A stretch of DNA of 56,404 nucleotides from Actinomycetes bacterium. GTDB taxonomy: Bacteria > Actinomycetota > CALGFH01. A program made the position numbers and the translations under genes. This document shows positions 26,501-35,404 of this stretch, in pieces (within the stretch, counting starts at the first letter, position 1; each line of letters starts with the position of its first letter). The stretch lies in assembly GCA_045807325.1 (NCBI GenBank), contig JBJMHP010000348.1, positions 1 to 56,404 on the forward strand. Direction: 5' to 3'. The notes under the pieces are model-generated. The model was not told the DNA's origin. It saw only the letters and a program-made list of their open reading frames with translations, and searched no databases.

Positions 26501-27555
26501 TCGGGTCGCTGCTGCGCTGGAACGACCTGCGCATCGCCCTCCAGCCGGCCTTCGGCACCCGCTTGGAGCTGCGGCTGAACGACCCCGCCGACTCGGTGGT
26601 GGACCGGCGGCTGGCCGCGACCCTGCGCGACGACCAGCCGGGCCGGGTGCTGACCGACGCCAGGCTGTTCGCCCAGACGGCCCTGCCCCGGATCGACGGG
26701 GTGGCCGACGCCGCCGCCCTCGGCGACGTGGTCGGCCAGCTGGGCCGGGCGGCCCGCTCGGCCTGGCCGGGCGAGCCGGCGCCGAGGGTCCGGGTGCTGC
26801 CGGCCCGCCTGGGCGCCGACACCCTCCCCGGCCCGCGGGAGGCGCCCCGGCGGGTCCCGGTCGGGGTGGACGAGACCACCCTGCGGCCGCTGTTCCTCGA
26901 CCTGTTCGACGCCGACCAGCACCTGCTGGTGCTCGGCGACGGCGCGTGCGGCAAGACCAACCTGCTGCGGCTGGTCGCGGCCGGGCTGGCCGCCCGCCAC
27001 GGGGAGGAGGAGCTGGTGTTCGCCGTCATGGACCCGCGCCGGGGCCTGCGCGACGCCGTGCCCGAGGGCCTGCTCGGCGGGTATGCCGGCAACGGCAAGG
27101 TCTGCGGCGGCCTGGCCGCCGGGATCGCCAGGGAGCTCGACAAGCGCATGCCCGAGGAGGTCGCCGATCAGCAGGCCCTGGCCGACGGGGCCTGGTTCTC
27201 CGGGCCGCGGATCGTGGTCCTGGTCGACGACTACGACATGCTGACCGCGGCCGGGCAGCAGCCGTTGGCCCCGTTCCTGCCCTATGTGCCGTCGGCCCGC
27301 GACATCGGGCTCCACTTCGTGGTCGCCCGCCGGGTCGCCGGCGCCTCCCGGGCCCTCTACGACCCGTTCCTCCAGGCGCTACGGGAGAGCGGCACCAGCG
27401 GGCTGGTCATGGCCGGCGACCGGGGCGAGGGCCAGCTGTTCCCCGGCGTGTACGCCGGCGCCCAGCCGGCCGGCCGCGGCTGGTGGGTCCGGCGCGGCGA
27501 ACCGGTCCGCCTGGTCCAGACGGCCGTCGCCGAGGGCGTCCAGGCCCTGCTGTGA
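23569..27555 (+). CDS. eccC: Type VII secretion protein EccC (FtsK/SpoIIIE-family, three ATPase domains)
   Basis: The N-terminus RRLVHRPARVV..GPLGIEAPPTLPEG is followed by 2 TM helices. Walker A motifs are GATGSGKSELLRT, GGPQSGKTTLLRT and GDGACGKTNLL. The TTG 23569 start fits the length of EccC N-termini; GTG 23581 (GAGG upstream) is an alternative. Confidence 0.93.
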   Translation: MRRLVHRPARVVRPAGQAGPLGIEAPPTLPEGRSSNPVQALLPVAGATSSLGMMLVFRNPAMLAVGALIMLVTVFGGLAMLLSQSGQAARQRRQQRDRYLEYLEELRQRSAAEEHQERAAATALDPPPAALFDVVRDPARRWERRRADPDFLRVRVGMGPVPARPLVLADGGSSLRPTDPFMLAEARAVERRFATTPQMPLTVPLDRAGNVSVVGDRAEALGLARALLVQAAAWHAPDDLAVALACPPGWLDDWSWAKWLPHLLDPERRHGQTEGRRVAPSLGELARAMAGDLSARATYAAEARRGMAAGQALALARRLLVVHDAHGQVADELPSPDQAVPARDMGVTVLHLVADRLHEPEEVAVRVTLEDGQVAVEDLRGPGPPPAVAGVADQVPTALAEGLARILAPLRLSASSAVEDNPHAGPVSLPDMLGVDDPADLDLAALWAPRGERDVLRVPIGVTDAGEPLLLDLKEPAQLGMGPHGLCVGATGSGKSELLRTLVLALAATHPPERLGMVLIDYKGGATFAPFAALPHVAGVITNLADDAGLVERVHASLAGEVQRRQQALKDAGNLAHIADYAQLRERDPELAPLPHLLVIIDEFGELLTAKPEFIELFLTIGRIGRSIGVHLLLSSQRIEGGKLKGLDTYLSYRLGLRTFSAAESQVTLDTADAFHLPPLPGFGYLKVGTVTYDRFKAAYVSGPVRPLSAAEQAPPGARPAPFTTANRGADDGEDGQAEETAVPARSAEPGLHQVVVAQLQGAAAPVHRVWLPPLPAAVALDVAAGGVEVGDRGLQLAGRAGPMRVPLGLLDDPAAQRQGRWLLDLRTGGGHVAVIGGPQSGKTTLLRTLVAALALTHTPREVAVYGVDLVGGGLLPLAGFPQVGGVTGRSDRERVRRTLEEVRGMLEHREEVFRDRGIDSVESLRRRHAAGEVPELPMAEVVLVVDGLGLVRSEHEELEPLVADLLQRGGGYGIHLVGSLLRWNDLRIALQPAFGTRLELRLNDPADSVVDRRLAATLRDDQPGRVLTDARLFAQTALPRIDGVADAAALGDVVGQLGRAARSAWPGEPAPRVRVLPARLGADTLPGPREAPRRVPVGVDETTLRPLFLDLFDADQHLLVLGDGACGKTNLLRLVAAGLAARHGEEELVFAVMDPRRGLRDAVPEGLLGGYAGNGKVCGGLAAGIARELDKRMPEEVADQQALADGAWFSGPRIVVLVDDYDMLTAAGQQPLAPFLPYVPSARDIGLHFVVARRVAGASRALYDPFLQALRESGTSGLVMAGDRGEGQLFPGVYAGAQPAGRGWWVRRGEPVRLVQTAVAEGVQALL

Positions 27556-27920
27556 CCAGGGACGTGGTCGCCCTGCTGCCGACGGCGCCGGAGGTGGCCG
27601 ACGTGGCCGCCGCCCTGCGGGCGGCGGGCGAGCGGTTCGGGGTCCGCCCGGCCGCCGAGGGATCGGTGGTGCAGCTCTGCGACGACCAGGGGCGGCCGCT
27701 GGTCTCGATCGAGGTGCCGGTGCTGGTCCGGGTCCCCGGCGAGGTCGAGCGGCTGCTCGGGGCCGAGGTGGCCGGCCGGCTGCCCCCGCCGCCGCTGTGG
27801 TGGGTGGAGACCAGGGCCCCCAGCGCCCGCGAGGGCGCCGAACGGCTGGGCCGCCGCTTCGCCGAGGCCCTGGCCGCCCGCTGCGGCGGGATCGTCTGGC
27901 CTGCGGAGGGTCGCCGGTGA
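27552..27920 (+). CDS. Hypothetical protein (122 aa), translationally coupled to eccC
   Basis: The GTG overlaps the eccC stop (GTGA). The translation is coding-like: VTRDVVALLPTAPEVADVAAALRAAGERFGVRPAAEGSVVQLCDDQGRPLVSIEVPVLVRVPGEVERLLG..WWVETRAP.. It is hidden in the tail of a long alternative-frame track ORF. Confidence 0.55.
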   Translation: MTRDVVALLPTAPEVADVAAALRAAGERFGVRPAAEGSVVQLCDDQGRPLVSIEVPVLVRVPGEVERLLGAEVAGRLPPPPLWWVETRAPSAREGAERLGRRFAEALAARCGGIVWPAEGRR

Positions 27921-28924
27921 CCGCGGTCGCGGCCGGCCACCCGGCGGTCGACGTGCTCACCGACCGGGTCGCGGTGGTGCTCCAGGAGCGCCCGGTGGTG
28001 CCGCTGACCGCCTGGCTGGCCGACGCCGCCCGGACCTGCGCCGAGGCCGGCCGGGGCCTCCAGGTCGTGACCCCGCCGTCGGCCCGGCTGACCACGCCGC
28101 TGCGGTTCGCCCTCGACGGCCCCGACACCCGCTGGGTGGTCCGCGACCGGGGCGGCGGCACCTGCTACGACGGGCTGAGCGGCCGGCTGCTGCACTGGGA
28201 CGGCGCCGCCTTCGTCCCGACCCCGGCCGACGGGCCCGGCGGCCGGGCCCTGGCCCCGGAGTTCGCCGAGGCCGCCCCGCCGGCCGGCTGGCAGCTGGTC
28301 CTGGACGTCCGCGTGCGCCACCCGGCCACGGCCACCGCCCGCCTGGCCGGGGCCGTGGAGGCGCTGTGCGTGGCCCTCACCGGCGAGCCCCCGCGCGGCT
28401 GGGGCACGGCCGAGCCGGCCACCGAGCCCTGGGACCCCGGCCGCCTGACCGCCCTGGCCCGCCGGCGCGCCCCCGACCCGACCCTGCTGGTGGTGGTCGG
28501 CGGCACCGACCGCCAGGCGGTCGGCACCCTGCGGGTGACCCGGGCCGCCTCCGGGGTCGACGAGACCCTGACCCTGGTCGTCGGCCACCCCGACCAGGTG
28601 CCGGTGGACACCCTCCCGGAGGCGGCCGAGGCCGCCGCCGAGCGGGTCGCCCTGGTCTCGATGCTGGCCCAGCTCCGCCCGGGCCGGGCCGACACCACCT
28701 GGGAGCCGCGCCTCCGCGGCCTGCCCGTCCCGGTCGGCATGGCCGTCGGCCCCGAGGAGGTCGCCCGCCTCGGCCTCGACCACGCCCTGTCCGCCCCGGC
28801 ACCGGCGGCACGCCCCCTCGGCCACGACCGGCACCCGGCCGTCTGGTTCCACCTCGGCGACCCCACCACCCCGACCGGCTGGGAGCACCTCACCGCCGTC
28901 CTGCGGCACTTCGGCCCGGAGTAG
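27917..28924 (+). CDS. Hypothetical protein (335 aa), translationally coupled to the previous ORF
   Basis: The GTG overlaps the upstream stop (GTGA). Translation: ..VVLQERPVVPLTAWLADAARTCAEAGRGLQVVTPPSARLTTPLRFALDG..CYDGLSGRLLHWDGAAFVP.. No TM segments and no family recognised. Confidence 0.55.
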   Translation: MTAVAAGHPAVDVLTDRVAVVLQERPVVPLTAWLADAARTCAEAGRGLQVVTPPSARLTTPLRFALDGPDTRWVVRDRGGGTCYDGLSGRLLHWDGAAFVPTPADGPGGRALAPEFAEAAPPAGWQLVLDVRVRHPATATARLAGAVEALCVALTGEPPRGWGTAEPATEPWDPGRLTALARRRAPDPTLLVVVGGTDRQAVGTLRVTRAASGVDETLTLVVGHPDQVPVDTLPEAAEAAAERVALVSMLAQLRPGRADTTWEPRLRGLPVPVGMAVGPEEVARLGLDHALSAPAPAARPLGHDRHPAVWFHLGDPTTPTGWEHLTAVLRHFGPE

Positions 28925-28987
28925 CGCTCGGCGAGGGGCTGCCGCTCGGCGAGGGCGGCGGCTCGGAGGGGCTGGGCGCGGCGACCC

Positions 28988-30454
28988 TCAGGCGTCGGGC
29001 GACCCGGGTCTCGCCTCCAGGCGGCCGGACTGGGTCTGGCGGACGAAGGTGGCCTTGTCCCAGGTCTCGGGGATGGTGGTGGCGTCGATGTAGCTCATGC
29101 CCGAGCGGAGGCCGCCGACCAGCTCGTTGACGATGCCGGCGACGGGGCCCTTGAGGGGGAACTCCATCTCCTCGCCCTCGGGGACGTACTGGTCGAGGGC
29201 GTCGCCGCGGCCCTCGATCTCCAGGCGGGCGGCGGCCGCGCCCAGCGAGGCCATGCCCCGGAACACCTTGTACTCGCGGCCCTTGCGGCGGACGACCTCG
29301 CCCGGGCTCTCGGGGCGGCCGGCGAACAGGCCGCCGATCATGACCGTGCTGGCCCCGGCCGCGATCGCCTTGGCCACGTCGCCGGGGTGGCGGATGCCGC
29401 CGTCGGCGATCAGGGGCACGCCCTTGTCCCGGGCCACCTCGGCGCAGTCGAGGACGGCGGTCAGCTGGGGCACGCCGACCCCGGCGACCAGGCGGGTGGT
29501 GCAGGCGAACCCGGGTCCGATGCCGACCTTGACCGCGTCCGCGCCGGCCTGGGCCAGGTCGGCGAAGCCGTCGGCGGTGGCCACGTTGCCGGCCACGACC
29601 TCGGCCTCCGGCCAGGTGGCCTTCAGCTCCCGGACGGCCTCGATGGTGTGGTCGGCGTGGCCGTGGGCGACGTCCACGACCAGGGCGTCCACGTCGGCCT
29701 CGAGCAGGGCCTGGGCCCTTGCCAGGTACCCGCCGCGCACGCCGACGGCGGCCGCGACCCGCAGCCGGCCCTGGCCGTCGCGGGTCGCCTGGGGCCAGCG
29801 CTCCCGCAGGCCGATGTCGCGCAGGGTGATCAGGCCGGCCAGCCGGCCGTCGTCGCCGACCAGGGGCAGCTTCTCGATCCGGTGGCGGTCCAGCAGCTTG
29901 CGGGCCTCGTCCAGGTCGATGCCGGGCCGGGCGGTGATCAGCCGCTCGGCCGGGGTCATGGCCGAGGCCACGGTGTCGCCCCACGGGGCTCCCGCCTGGT
30001 CCCCTCCTCGCCCCGCCCGACCGGCGTCGGCCCGCATGTCCCGGGCGGTCAGGATGCCGACCGGGCGGCGCTCGGCGTCGACCACCACCAGGCTGGTCAC
30101 GCCCAGGCGCCTGGCCTCGGCGGCGGCCTCGGCCACGGTCCGCCCCGGCCCGATGGTGTAGGGCCGCTCGATCACCCGGCCCAGGTAGCGCTTGACCCGC
30201 CGCACCTCCTCAGCCTGGGCGTCTGTGGGCAGGAACCGGTGGATCACCCCGAGCCCACCCAGCTCGGCCATGGCGATGGCCATGGGGGCGGTGGTCACGG
30301 TGTCCATGTTGGCCGAGACGATGGGGATGGCCAGCTCCACCCCGCGGGTGAAGCGCGAGCGGGTCGAGACGTGCCGTCGGGAGCGGATGCTGGAGCGGCG
30401 CGGCACCAGCAGGACGTCCTCGAAGGTCAGGGCGAGGCGTGGTTGGTCGGTCAT
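28988..30454 (-). CDS. IMP dehydrogenase/GMP reductase family protein with a CBS pair (GuaB1-like)
   Basis: [23 protein letters not shown].., a CBS region, the catalytic loop [20 protein letters not shown], and [17 protein letters not shown]. Confidence 0.85.
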   Translation of the reverse strand: MTDQPRLALTFEDVLLVPRRSSIRSRRHVSTRSRFTRGVELAIPIVSANMDTVTTAPMAIAMAELGGLGVIHRFLPTDAQAEEVRRVKRYLGRVIERPYTIGPGRTVAEAAAEARRLGVTSLVVVDAERRPVGILTARDMRADAGRAGRGGDQAGAPWGDTVASAMTPAERLITARPGIDLDEARKLLDRHRIEKLPLVGDDGRLAGLITLRDIGLRERWPQATRDGQGRLRVAAAVGVRGGYLARAQALLEADVDALVVDVAHGHADHTIEAVRELKATWPEAEVVAGNVATADGFADLAQAGADAVKVGIGPGFACTTRLVAGVGVPQLTAVLDCAEVARDKGVPLIADGGIRHPGDVAKAIAAGASTVMIGGLFAGRPESPGEVVRRKGREYKVFRGMASLGAAAARLEIEGRGDALDQYVPEGEEMEFPLKGPVAGIVNELVGGLRSGMSYIDATTIPETWDKATFVRQTQSGRLEARPGSPDA

Positions 30455-30464
30455 GGGCCCCAGG

Positions 30465-31196
30465 CTAGCCGAGCGACCGGCTGCCCGGCGTGAACGACTG
30501 GCGCCAGACGCCGCCCGAGGTGTCGGCCACGCCGAGGTTGTGGCCGTTGACGGTCAGGCTGACCCCGGCCGGGTAGCCGAGCACCAGGTCCAGGCTGCGC
30601 CGGGCCTTGAAGGTGCGGCGCTCGCGGGGCCCTGGGGTGCCCTCGAAGGCGACGCGGCCGTCGGTGGTGACCCGGGTCCAGGAGGCGCCGGAGTAGCGCA
30701 GGGTGACGGTCACGTCCTTGGGGGCCGGCCGGGCGGTGGTGGCCGGAGCCGGCTTGGCCGCGGTGGTGGCCGGGGTGGTCACGAACGGCGGCTGGGCGTC
30801 GCTCTGGTCGGGCCCCGGCCGCAGCAGCCCCCACAGGGACACGAGCAGGATGATGGAGACGAAGGCGATGGCCACGCCCAGCCAGTTGGGGCCGCGCCGG
30901 CCGGTCCTGAGGCCCCCGATGGCCTTGGGGGCGTGCTCGAACAGCGGCGCCTCGGGCCGCTCCTGGGCCCGGTAGGCCTCCAGCAGCGGGGCCGGGTCGA
31001 CGCCCAGGTAGCCGGCGTAGGAGCGCAGGAACCCCTTGGCGTAGACGCTGCCGCCCAGCTCGCCGAAGCGCTCCTGCTCGAGCGCCTCCAGGTAGCTCGA
31101 CCTGATCCGGGTCGCCAACGCGGCTTCGTCGAGCGACTTGCCCTGCGCTTCCCGGGCCGAGCGCAGCGCTTCGCCGATGGTGCTCAGCGGGGTCAC
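30465..31196 (-). CDS. Helix-turn-helix domain protein, RodZ-like (HTH + TM + C-terminal DUF4115-like region)
   Basis: IGEALRSAREAQGKSLDEAALATRIRSSYLEALEQERF..VYAKGFLRSYAGYLGVD, and a TM segment WLGVAIAFVSIILLVSLWGLL. It lies downstream of ftsK, as is common in Actinobacteria. Confidence 0.75.
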   Translation of the reverse strand: MTPLSTIGEALRSAREAQGKSLDEAALATRIRSSYLEALEQERFGELGGSVYAKGFLRSYAGYLGVDPAPLLEAYRAQERPEAPLFEHAPKAIGGLRTGRRGPNWLGVAIAFVSIILLVSLWGLLRPGPDQSDAQPPFVTTPATTAAKPAPATTARPAPKDVTVTLRYSGASWTRVTTDGRVAFEGTPGPRERRTFKARRSLDLVLGYPAGVSLTVNGHNLGVADTSGGVWRQSFTPGSRSLG

Positions 31197-31281
31197 CCCT
31201 TCGTCCGCCCATATCGGGGCAATGCGGAGAATCGACTCGTCAGATGACCGGATTTTCGCCCACCCTGAGGGCTACGGCAAC

Positions 31282-33714
31282 CTACTCGCCCAGGATCTCG
31301 CCGTAGGTTTCCTCGCGGCCCCGGACCTGCTCCAGCTCCTCCACGGTCATCAGCACGTCCCGGGGCTTGGAGCCCTCGGACGGGCCGACCACGCCCCGCT
31401 CCTCGAGCTGGTCCATGATCCGGCGGGCCCGGGAGAACCCGACCTTCATCTTGGACTGGAGCATCGAGGTGGAGCCGAGCCCGGAGCGGACGATGATCTC
31501 CATGGCCTGGGTGAGCAGGGGGTCCTCGTCGCCGTCGTCGTCCTCGGAGGCGGCCCGGCCCTCGGCCACCACCCCCGGCTGGTAGGCGGCCTGCCGCTGG
31601 GCCTTGCAGTAGGCGACGACCGCCTCCACCTCCTTCTCGGTGATGAAGGCGCCCTGGACCCGGCGCGGCTTGGAGGTGCCGCCGGGCAGGTACAGCATGT
31701 CGCCGTGGCCGACCAGCTTGTCGGCCCCGCCGGCGTCGAGGATGACCCGCGAGTCCTGGGCGCTGGCCACCATGAAGGCGATCCGGCTGGGGATGTTGGC
31801 CTTGATGAGCCCGGTGACCACGTCCACCGACGGCCGCTGGGTGGCCACCACCAGGTGGATGCCGACCGCCCTGGCCATCTGGGCGATCCGGCAGATGGCG
31901 TCCTCGACGTCGCGCGGGGCGACCATCATGAGGTCGGACAGCTCGTCGATCACGACCACGATGTAGGGCAGGGTCGGGCGCTGCCGCTCCCCGTCGGGCC
32001 GGCCCTCGTCGTCCAGGCCGGCCGAGGGCAGCGGCGGCAGGGTCCCCTCGGTGGCCGCCTTGTTGTAGGCGGCGATGTTGCGCACCCCGGCGATGGCCAG
32101 GGTCTCCAGGCGCAGCTCCATCTCCCGGACCGCCCAGGCCAGGGCCTCCGAGGCCCGCTTGGGGTGGGTGACCACCGGGGTGATCAGATGGGGCACGTTC
32201 TCGTAGTGGGTGAGCTCGACCCGCTTGGGGTCGATCAGGATGAGCCGCACCTGGTCGGGCGGGTTGCGCATGAGCAGGCTGGTGACCAGCACGTTCAGGC
32301 ACACCGACTTGCCGGCCCCGGTTGAACCGGCAATGAGGACGTGGGGCATGTCGGCCAGGTTGACGGTCACCGGCTCGCCGCCGATGTCCTTGCCCAGGGC
32401 GACCGTGAGGGGGTGGCGGCCGTCGTCCCTGCCGGTGTCGCCGAGGATGTCGCCGAGGGTGACCAGCTCCCGGTCGCGGTTGGGGACCTCGATGCCGATC
32501 GCCGACTTGCCGGGGATGGGGGCGATGATGCGCACGTCCGGGGAGGCCAGGGCGTAGGCGATGTCGTGCGACAGCCCGATCACCCTGGACACCTTGGTCG
32601 CCGGGCCGAGCTCGACCTCGTAGCGGGTCACGGTGGGGCCGCGGGTGTAGCGGGGCACCTTGGCGTCGACCTCGAACTGCTCCAGGGTGCGCTCCAGGAT
32701 CTTCTGGGTCTCGTCGAGGCGGCGGGGGTCGACCGGGCGGGTGCGGCCCTGGCGCAGCAACGACGCCGGTGGGGTGGTGTAGGCGCCGCCCGCCTTGGCC
32801 TGGAGGGTCATGGCCATCTGGACCGCGTCCCCGGCGCCCGGCAGGTCGGCCGGGCTGGTCGGCGGGGGCGGGGCCTTGAGGGCGGCCGCCTCGTCGCGCT
32901 CCTCGGCGGTCTCCGCCGCGTGCTCGGCGCCCGGCTGGCCGGGCACGACCTCGACGGTGTCGTCGGCGTCGGGGGCCGGCTCGGCCCGCCGGCGGCCGCG
33001 GCGCCGGGGCGGGGCCTCGCCGGAGTCGACCGGCTCGACCACCTCGGGCGGGGCCGACGGCGGCGGGGGCGGCCGCGGCGGCGCGGTCAGGGTCGACCCG
33101 ACCACCCGGCCCATGGAGGCGATCCCCCGGCCGACGGCCGCCACCGAGGTCCGGGTGCTGACCAGGGTGCCGAGGAACAGCAGGGCGGTGAACAGCGTGC
33201 CCGCCCCCCAGGTGGACAGCAGCCTGGCCAGCGGGGCGGCGATGATGGCCCCGACCAGCCCGCCGGAGTCCTGCAGGACCGCCGGGGCCGAGTCGGCCGG
33301 CGGCGCCCCCCTGGCCAGGTGGAGCAGGCCGAGCCCGCCGACCAGGACGGCCAGCAGCCCGATGGTGACCCGCCCGGCGACCATGTCGTCCTTGGCCGCC
33401 GGCCGCCAGAACAGCGCCAGGGCCAGCCCACCGACCAGCAGCGGCACGGCGTAGGCGCCGTAGCCGAACAGGTTGCCGAACAGCAGGGCCATGAACGCCC
33501 CGAGCCGGCCCCCGTCCTCGAACCAGATCCCCAGGGCCATCACCACCGCCAGCAGGACCAGGAACACGCCCTGGATGTCGCCCTTGTGCGGCGAAAGCGC
33601 CTTGCGGGAGCGCTGCCCGACCCGCGGGGTGCGGGTGGTGGTGGCCGCCGGCCGCCGCTTGCGGGCGGGCGCCGCCCGGCGGGTCTGGGGTCGGCGGGTC
33701 CGCGCCTTGGCCAT
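31282..33714 (-). CDS. ftsK: DNA translocase FtsK
   Basis: N-terminal TM helices, a Pro-rich linker, HVLIAGSTGAGKSVCLN..VVVIDELSDLM.., and a gamma domain MLQSKMKVGFSRARRIMDQLEERGVVGP. Confidence 0.95.
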   Translation of the reverse strand: MAKARTRRPQTRRAAPARKRRPAATTTRTPRVGQRSRKALSPHKGDIQGVFLVLLAVVMALGIWFEDGGRLGAFMALLFGNLFGYGAYAVPLLVGGLALALFWRPAAKDDMVAGRVTIGLLAVLVGGLGLLHLARGAPPADSAPAVLQDSGGLVGAIIAAPLARLLSTWGAGTLFTALLFLGTLVSTRTSVAAVGRGIASMGRVVGSTLTAPPRPPPPPSAPPEVVEPVDSGEAPPRRRGRRRAEPAPDADDTVEVVPGQPGAEHAAETAEERDEAAALKAPPPPTSPADLPGAGDAVQMAMTLQAKAGGAYTTPPASLLRQGRTRPVDPRRLDETQKILERTLEQFEVDAKVPRYTRGPTVTRYEVELGPATKVSRVIGLSHDIAYALASPDVRIIAPIPGKSAIGIEVPNRDRELVTLGDILGDTGRDDGRHPLTVALGKDIGGEPVTVNLADMPHVLIAGSTGAGKSVCLNVLVTSLLMRNPPDQVRLILIDPKRVELTHYENVPHLITPVVTHPKRASEALAWAVREMELRLETLAIAGVRNIAAYNKAATEGTLPPLPSAGLDDEGRPDGERQRPTLPYIVVVIDELSDLMMVAPRDVEDAICRIAQMARAVGIHLVVATQRPSVDVVTGLIKANIPSRIAFMVASAQDSRVILDAGGADKLVGHGDMLYLPGGTSKPRRVQGAFITEKEVEAVVAYCKAQRQAAYQPGVVAEGRAASEDDDGDEDPLLTQAMEIIVRSGLGSTSMLQSKMKVGFSRARRIMDQLEERGVVGPSEGSKPRDVLMTVEELEQVRGREETYGEILGE

Positions 33715-33718
33715 CCCG

Positions 33719-35404
33719 CTACACCTCCATCACGGTGGGGATGATGACCGGGCGGCGCTGGGTGCGCTCCTTGAACAGGGCCGAGGCGGTCGAGCGCATG
33801 TGCTGCTTGAGGATCATGGGGTCGGTGACGCCGTCGCCGGCGGTGCGCTCCAGGGCCTCGAGGACCCGCGCCTTGGCCTCCTCGATCAGGTCGCCGGACT
33901 CCGGCTCGTAGACGAAGCCGCGGGTCACGATGTCCGGGCCGGCCAGGACCTTGCCGGTCTGGGACTCGATGGTGACCAGCACGTGCACGAACCCCTCGCC
34001 GCCGAGCTTGCGCCGGTCGCGCAGCACGGCGTCGCCGACGTCGCCGATGCCGAGCCCGTCGACCATCACCATGCCGGCCCGGATCTGGCCGGCCCGGTGG
34101 GCCTTGCCGTTGGCCAGCTCGATCACGTCGCCGTCCTCGCAGACGAAGATGTTCTCGCGGGGCACGCCGGTGGTGGCGGCCAGGCGGGCGTGCTGGGCCA
34201 GGTGCCGGTACTCGCCGTGGACGGGCAGGAAGTTGCGCGGCCGCAGGGTGGCCAGCAGCAGGGTCAGCTCCCCCTGGGCGGCGTGGCCGGAGACGTGCAC
34301 GCGGGCGTTGCCCTTGTGGTAGACCTCGGCCCCGAGCCGGGCCAGGTCGTTGATGGTGCGGTAGACGGCGGCCTCGTTGCCCGGGATCAGCGAGGACGAC
34401 AGCACCACGGTGTCGCCCGGCTCGATCCGGACCCACTTGTGGTCGCGGCCGGCCATCAGGGTCAGGGCCGAGAACGGCTCGCCCTGGGAGCCGGTGGACA
34501 GCACCACGGTGCCGGCCGGGTCGAAGGACTGGAGGTCCTCCATGGGGATCAGCAGGCCGGCCGGGACGCGCAGGTAGCCCAGGTCGGCCGCGACCCGCAT
34601 GTTGCGGATCATGCTCCGGCCGACCAGGGCGAGCTTGCGGCCGAGGCGGGCGGCGGTGTCCATGATCTGCTGGACCCGGTGGACGTGGCTGGCGAAGCAG
34701 GCGACCACGATGCGCCGCCGGGCCGCCCCGAAGATGTCCTCCAGGGCCCGGCCGACCTCGACCTCGGAGACGATGAAGCCGGGCTGATCGGCGTTGGTGG
34801 AGTCCGACAGGAGCAGGTCGATCCCCTCGGCGGCCAGCCGGGCCAGGCCGCCCAGGTCGGTCGGGCGGTGGTCGATCGGGGTCAGGTCCAGCTTCCAGTC
34901 GCCGGTGTGCACGATCGTGCCCGCCGGGGTGCGCAGGGCCACCGCCACCCCGTCGGGGATGGAGTGCGACATGGCGTAGAACTCGAGGTCGAACGGGCCC
35001 AGGCTGGTCCGCTGGCCGCCCGCGACCTCGACCAGCGACGGGTTGAGCTGGTGCTCCTCGAGCTTGGCCGAGAGCATGGCCAGCGACAGGCGGGTGCCGT
35101 AGACGGGCACGTCGAAGTCGCGCAGGAAGTACGGCAGGGCGCCCATGTGGTCCTCGTGGGCGTGCGTCAGGACGACCCCGACCACCCGCTGCGGTTCCTG
35201 AGCCAACCACGTGAAGTCCGGCAGGATGATGTCCACCCCGGGCTGGTCGGCGTCGGGGAAGGCCAGGCCGCAGTCGATCAGCAGCCGGGCCCCGTCCACC
35301 TCGACCACCGCGCAGTTGCGGCCGATCTCCCCCAGCCCACCGAGGAACGCGACCCGGGTGGCGCCGGGCGGCGCCGGCGGGATCCTCTGGTCGAGCTCAG
35401 TCAC
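33719..35404 (-). CDS. rnj: Ribonuclease J
   Basis: VAFLGGLGEIGRNCAVVE..VLTHAHEDHMGALPY (metallo-beta-lactamase/beta-CASP). Confidence 0.93.
   Translation of the reverse strand: MTELDQRIPPAPPGATRVAFLGGLGEIGRNCAVVEVDGARLLIDCGLAFPDADQPGVDIILPDFTWLAQEPQRVVGVVLTHAHEDHMGALPYFLRDFDVPVYGTRLSLAMLSAKLEEHQLNPSLVEVAGGQRTSLGPFDLEFYAMSHSIPDGVAVALRTPAGTIVHTGDWKLDLTPIDHRPTDLGGLARLAAEGIDLLLSDSTNADQPGFIVSEVEVGRALEDIFGAARRRIVVACFASHVHRVQQIMDTAARLGRKLALVGRSMIRNMRVAADLGYLRVPAGLLIPMEDLQSFDPAGTVVLSTGSQGEPFSALTLMAGRDHKWVRIEPGDTVVLSSSLIPGNEAAVYRTINDLARLGAEVYHKGNARVHVSGHAAQGELTLLLATLRPRNFLPVHGEYRHLAQHARLAATTGVPRENIFVCEDGDVIELANGKAHRAGQIRAGMVMVDGLGIGDVGDAVLRDRRKLGGEGFVHVLVTIESQTGKVLAGPDIVTRGFVYEPESGDLIEEAKARVLEALERTAGDGVTDPMILKQHMRSTASALFKERTQRRPVIIPTVMEV

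Noticed and set aside
23548-27315. 1255-aa minus-strand ORF, and the 24315-27920 plus-strand alternative frame, overlapping eccC
   Set aside because: Both are low-complexity Arg/Pro/Gly translations. EccC in the 23569-27555 frame has three Walker A motifs. Only the last 369 nt of the 24315-27920 frame (27552-27920) look coding, and those I called separately.
28926-28975. Three direct repeats of GCTCGG(C)GAGGGG between the convergent T7SS ORF and the guaB-like gene
   Set aside because: They are short, degenerate, G-rich and found only here. I saw no convincing hairpin or terminator structure, so this is probably low-complexity spacer sequence.
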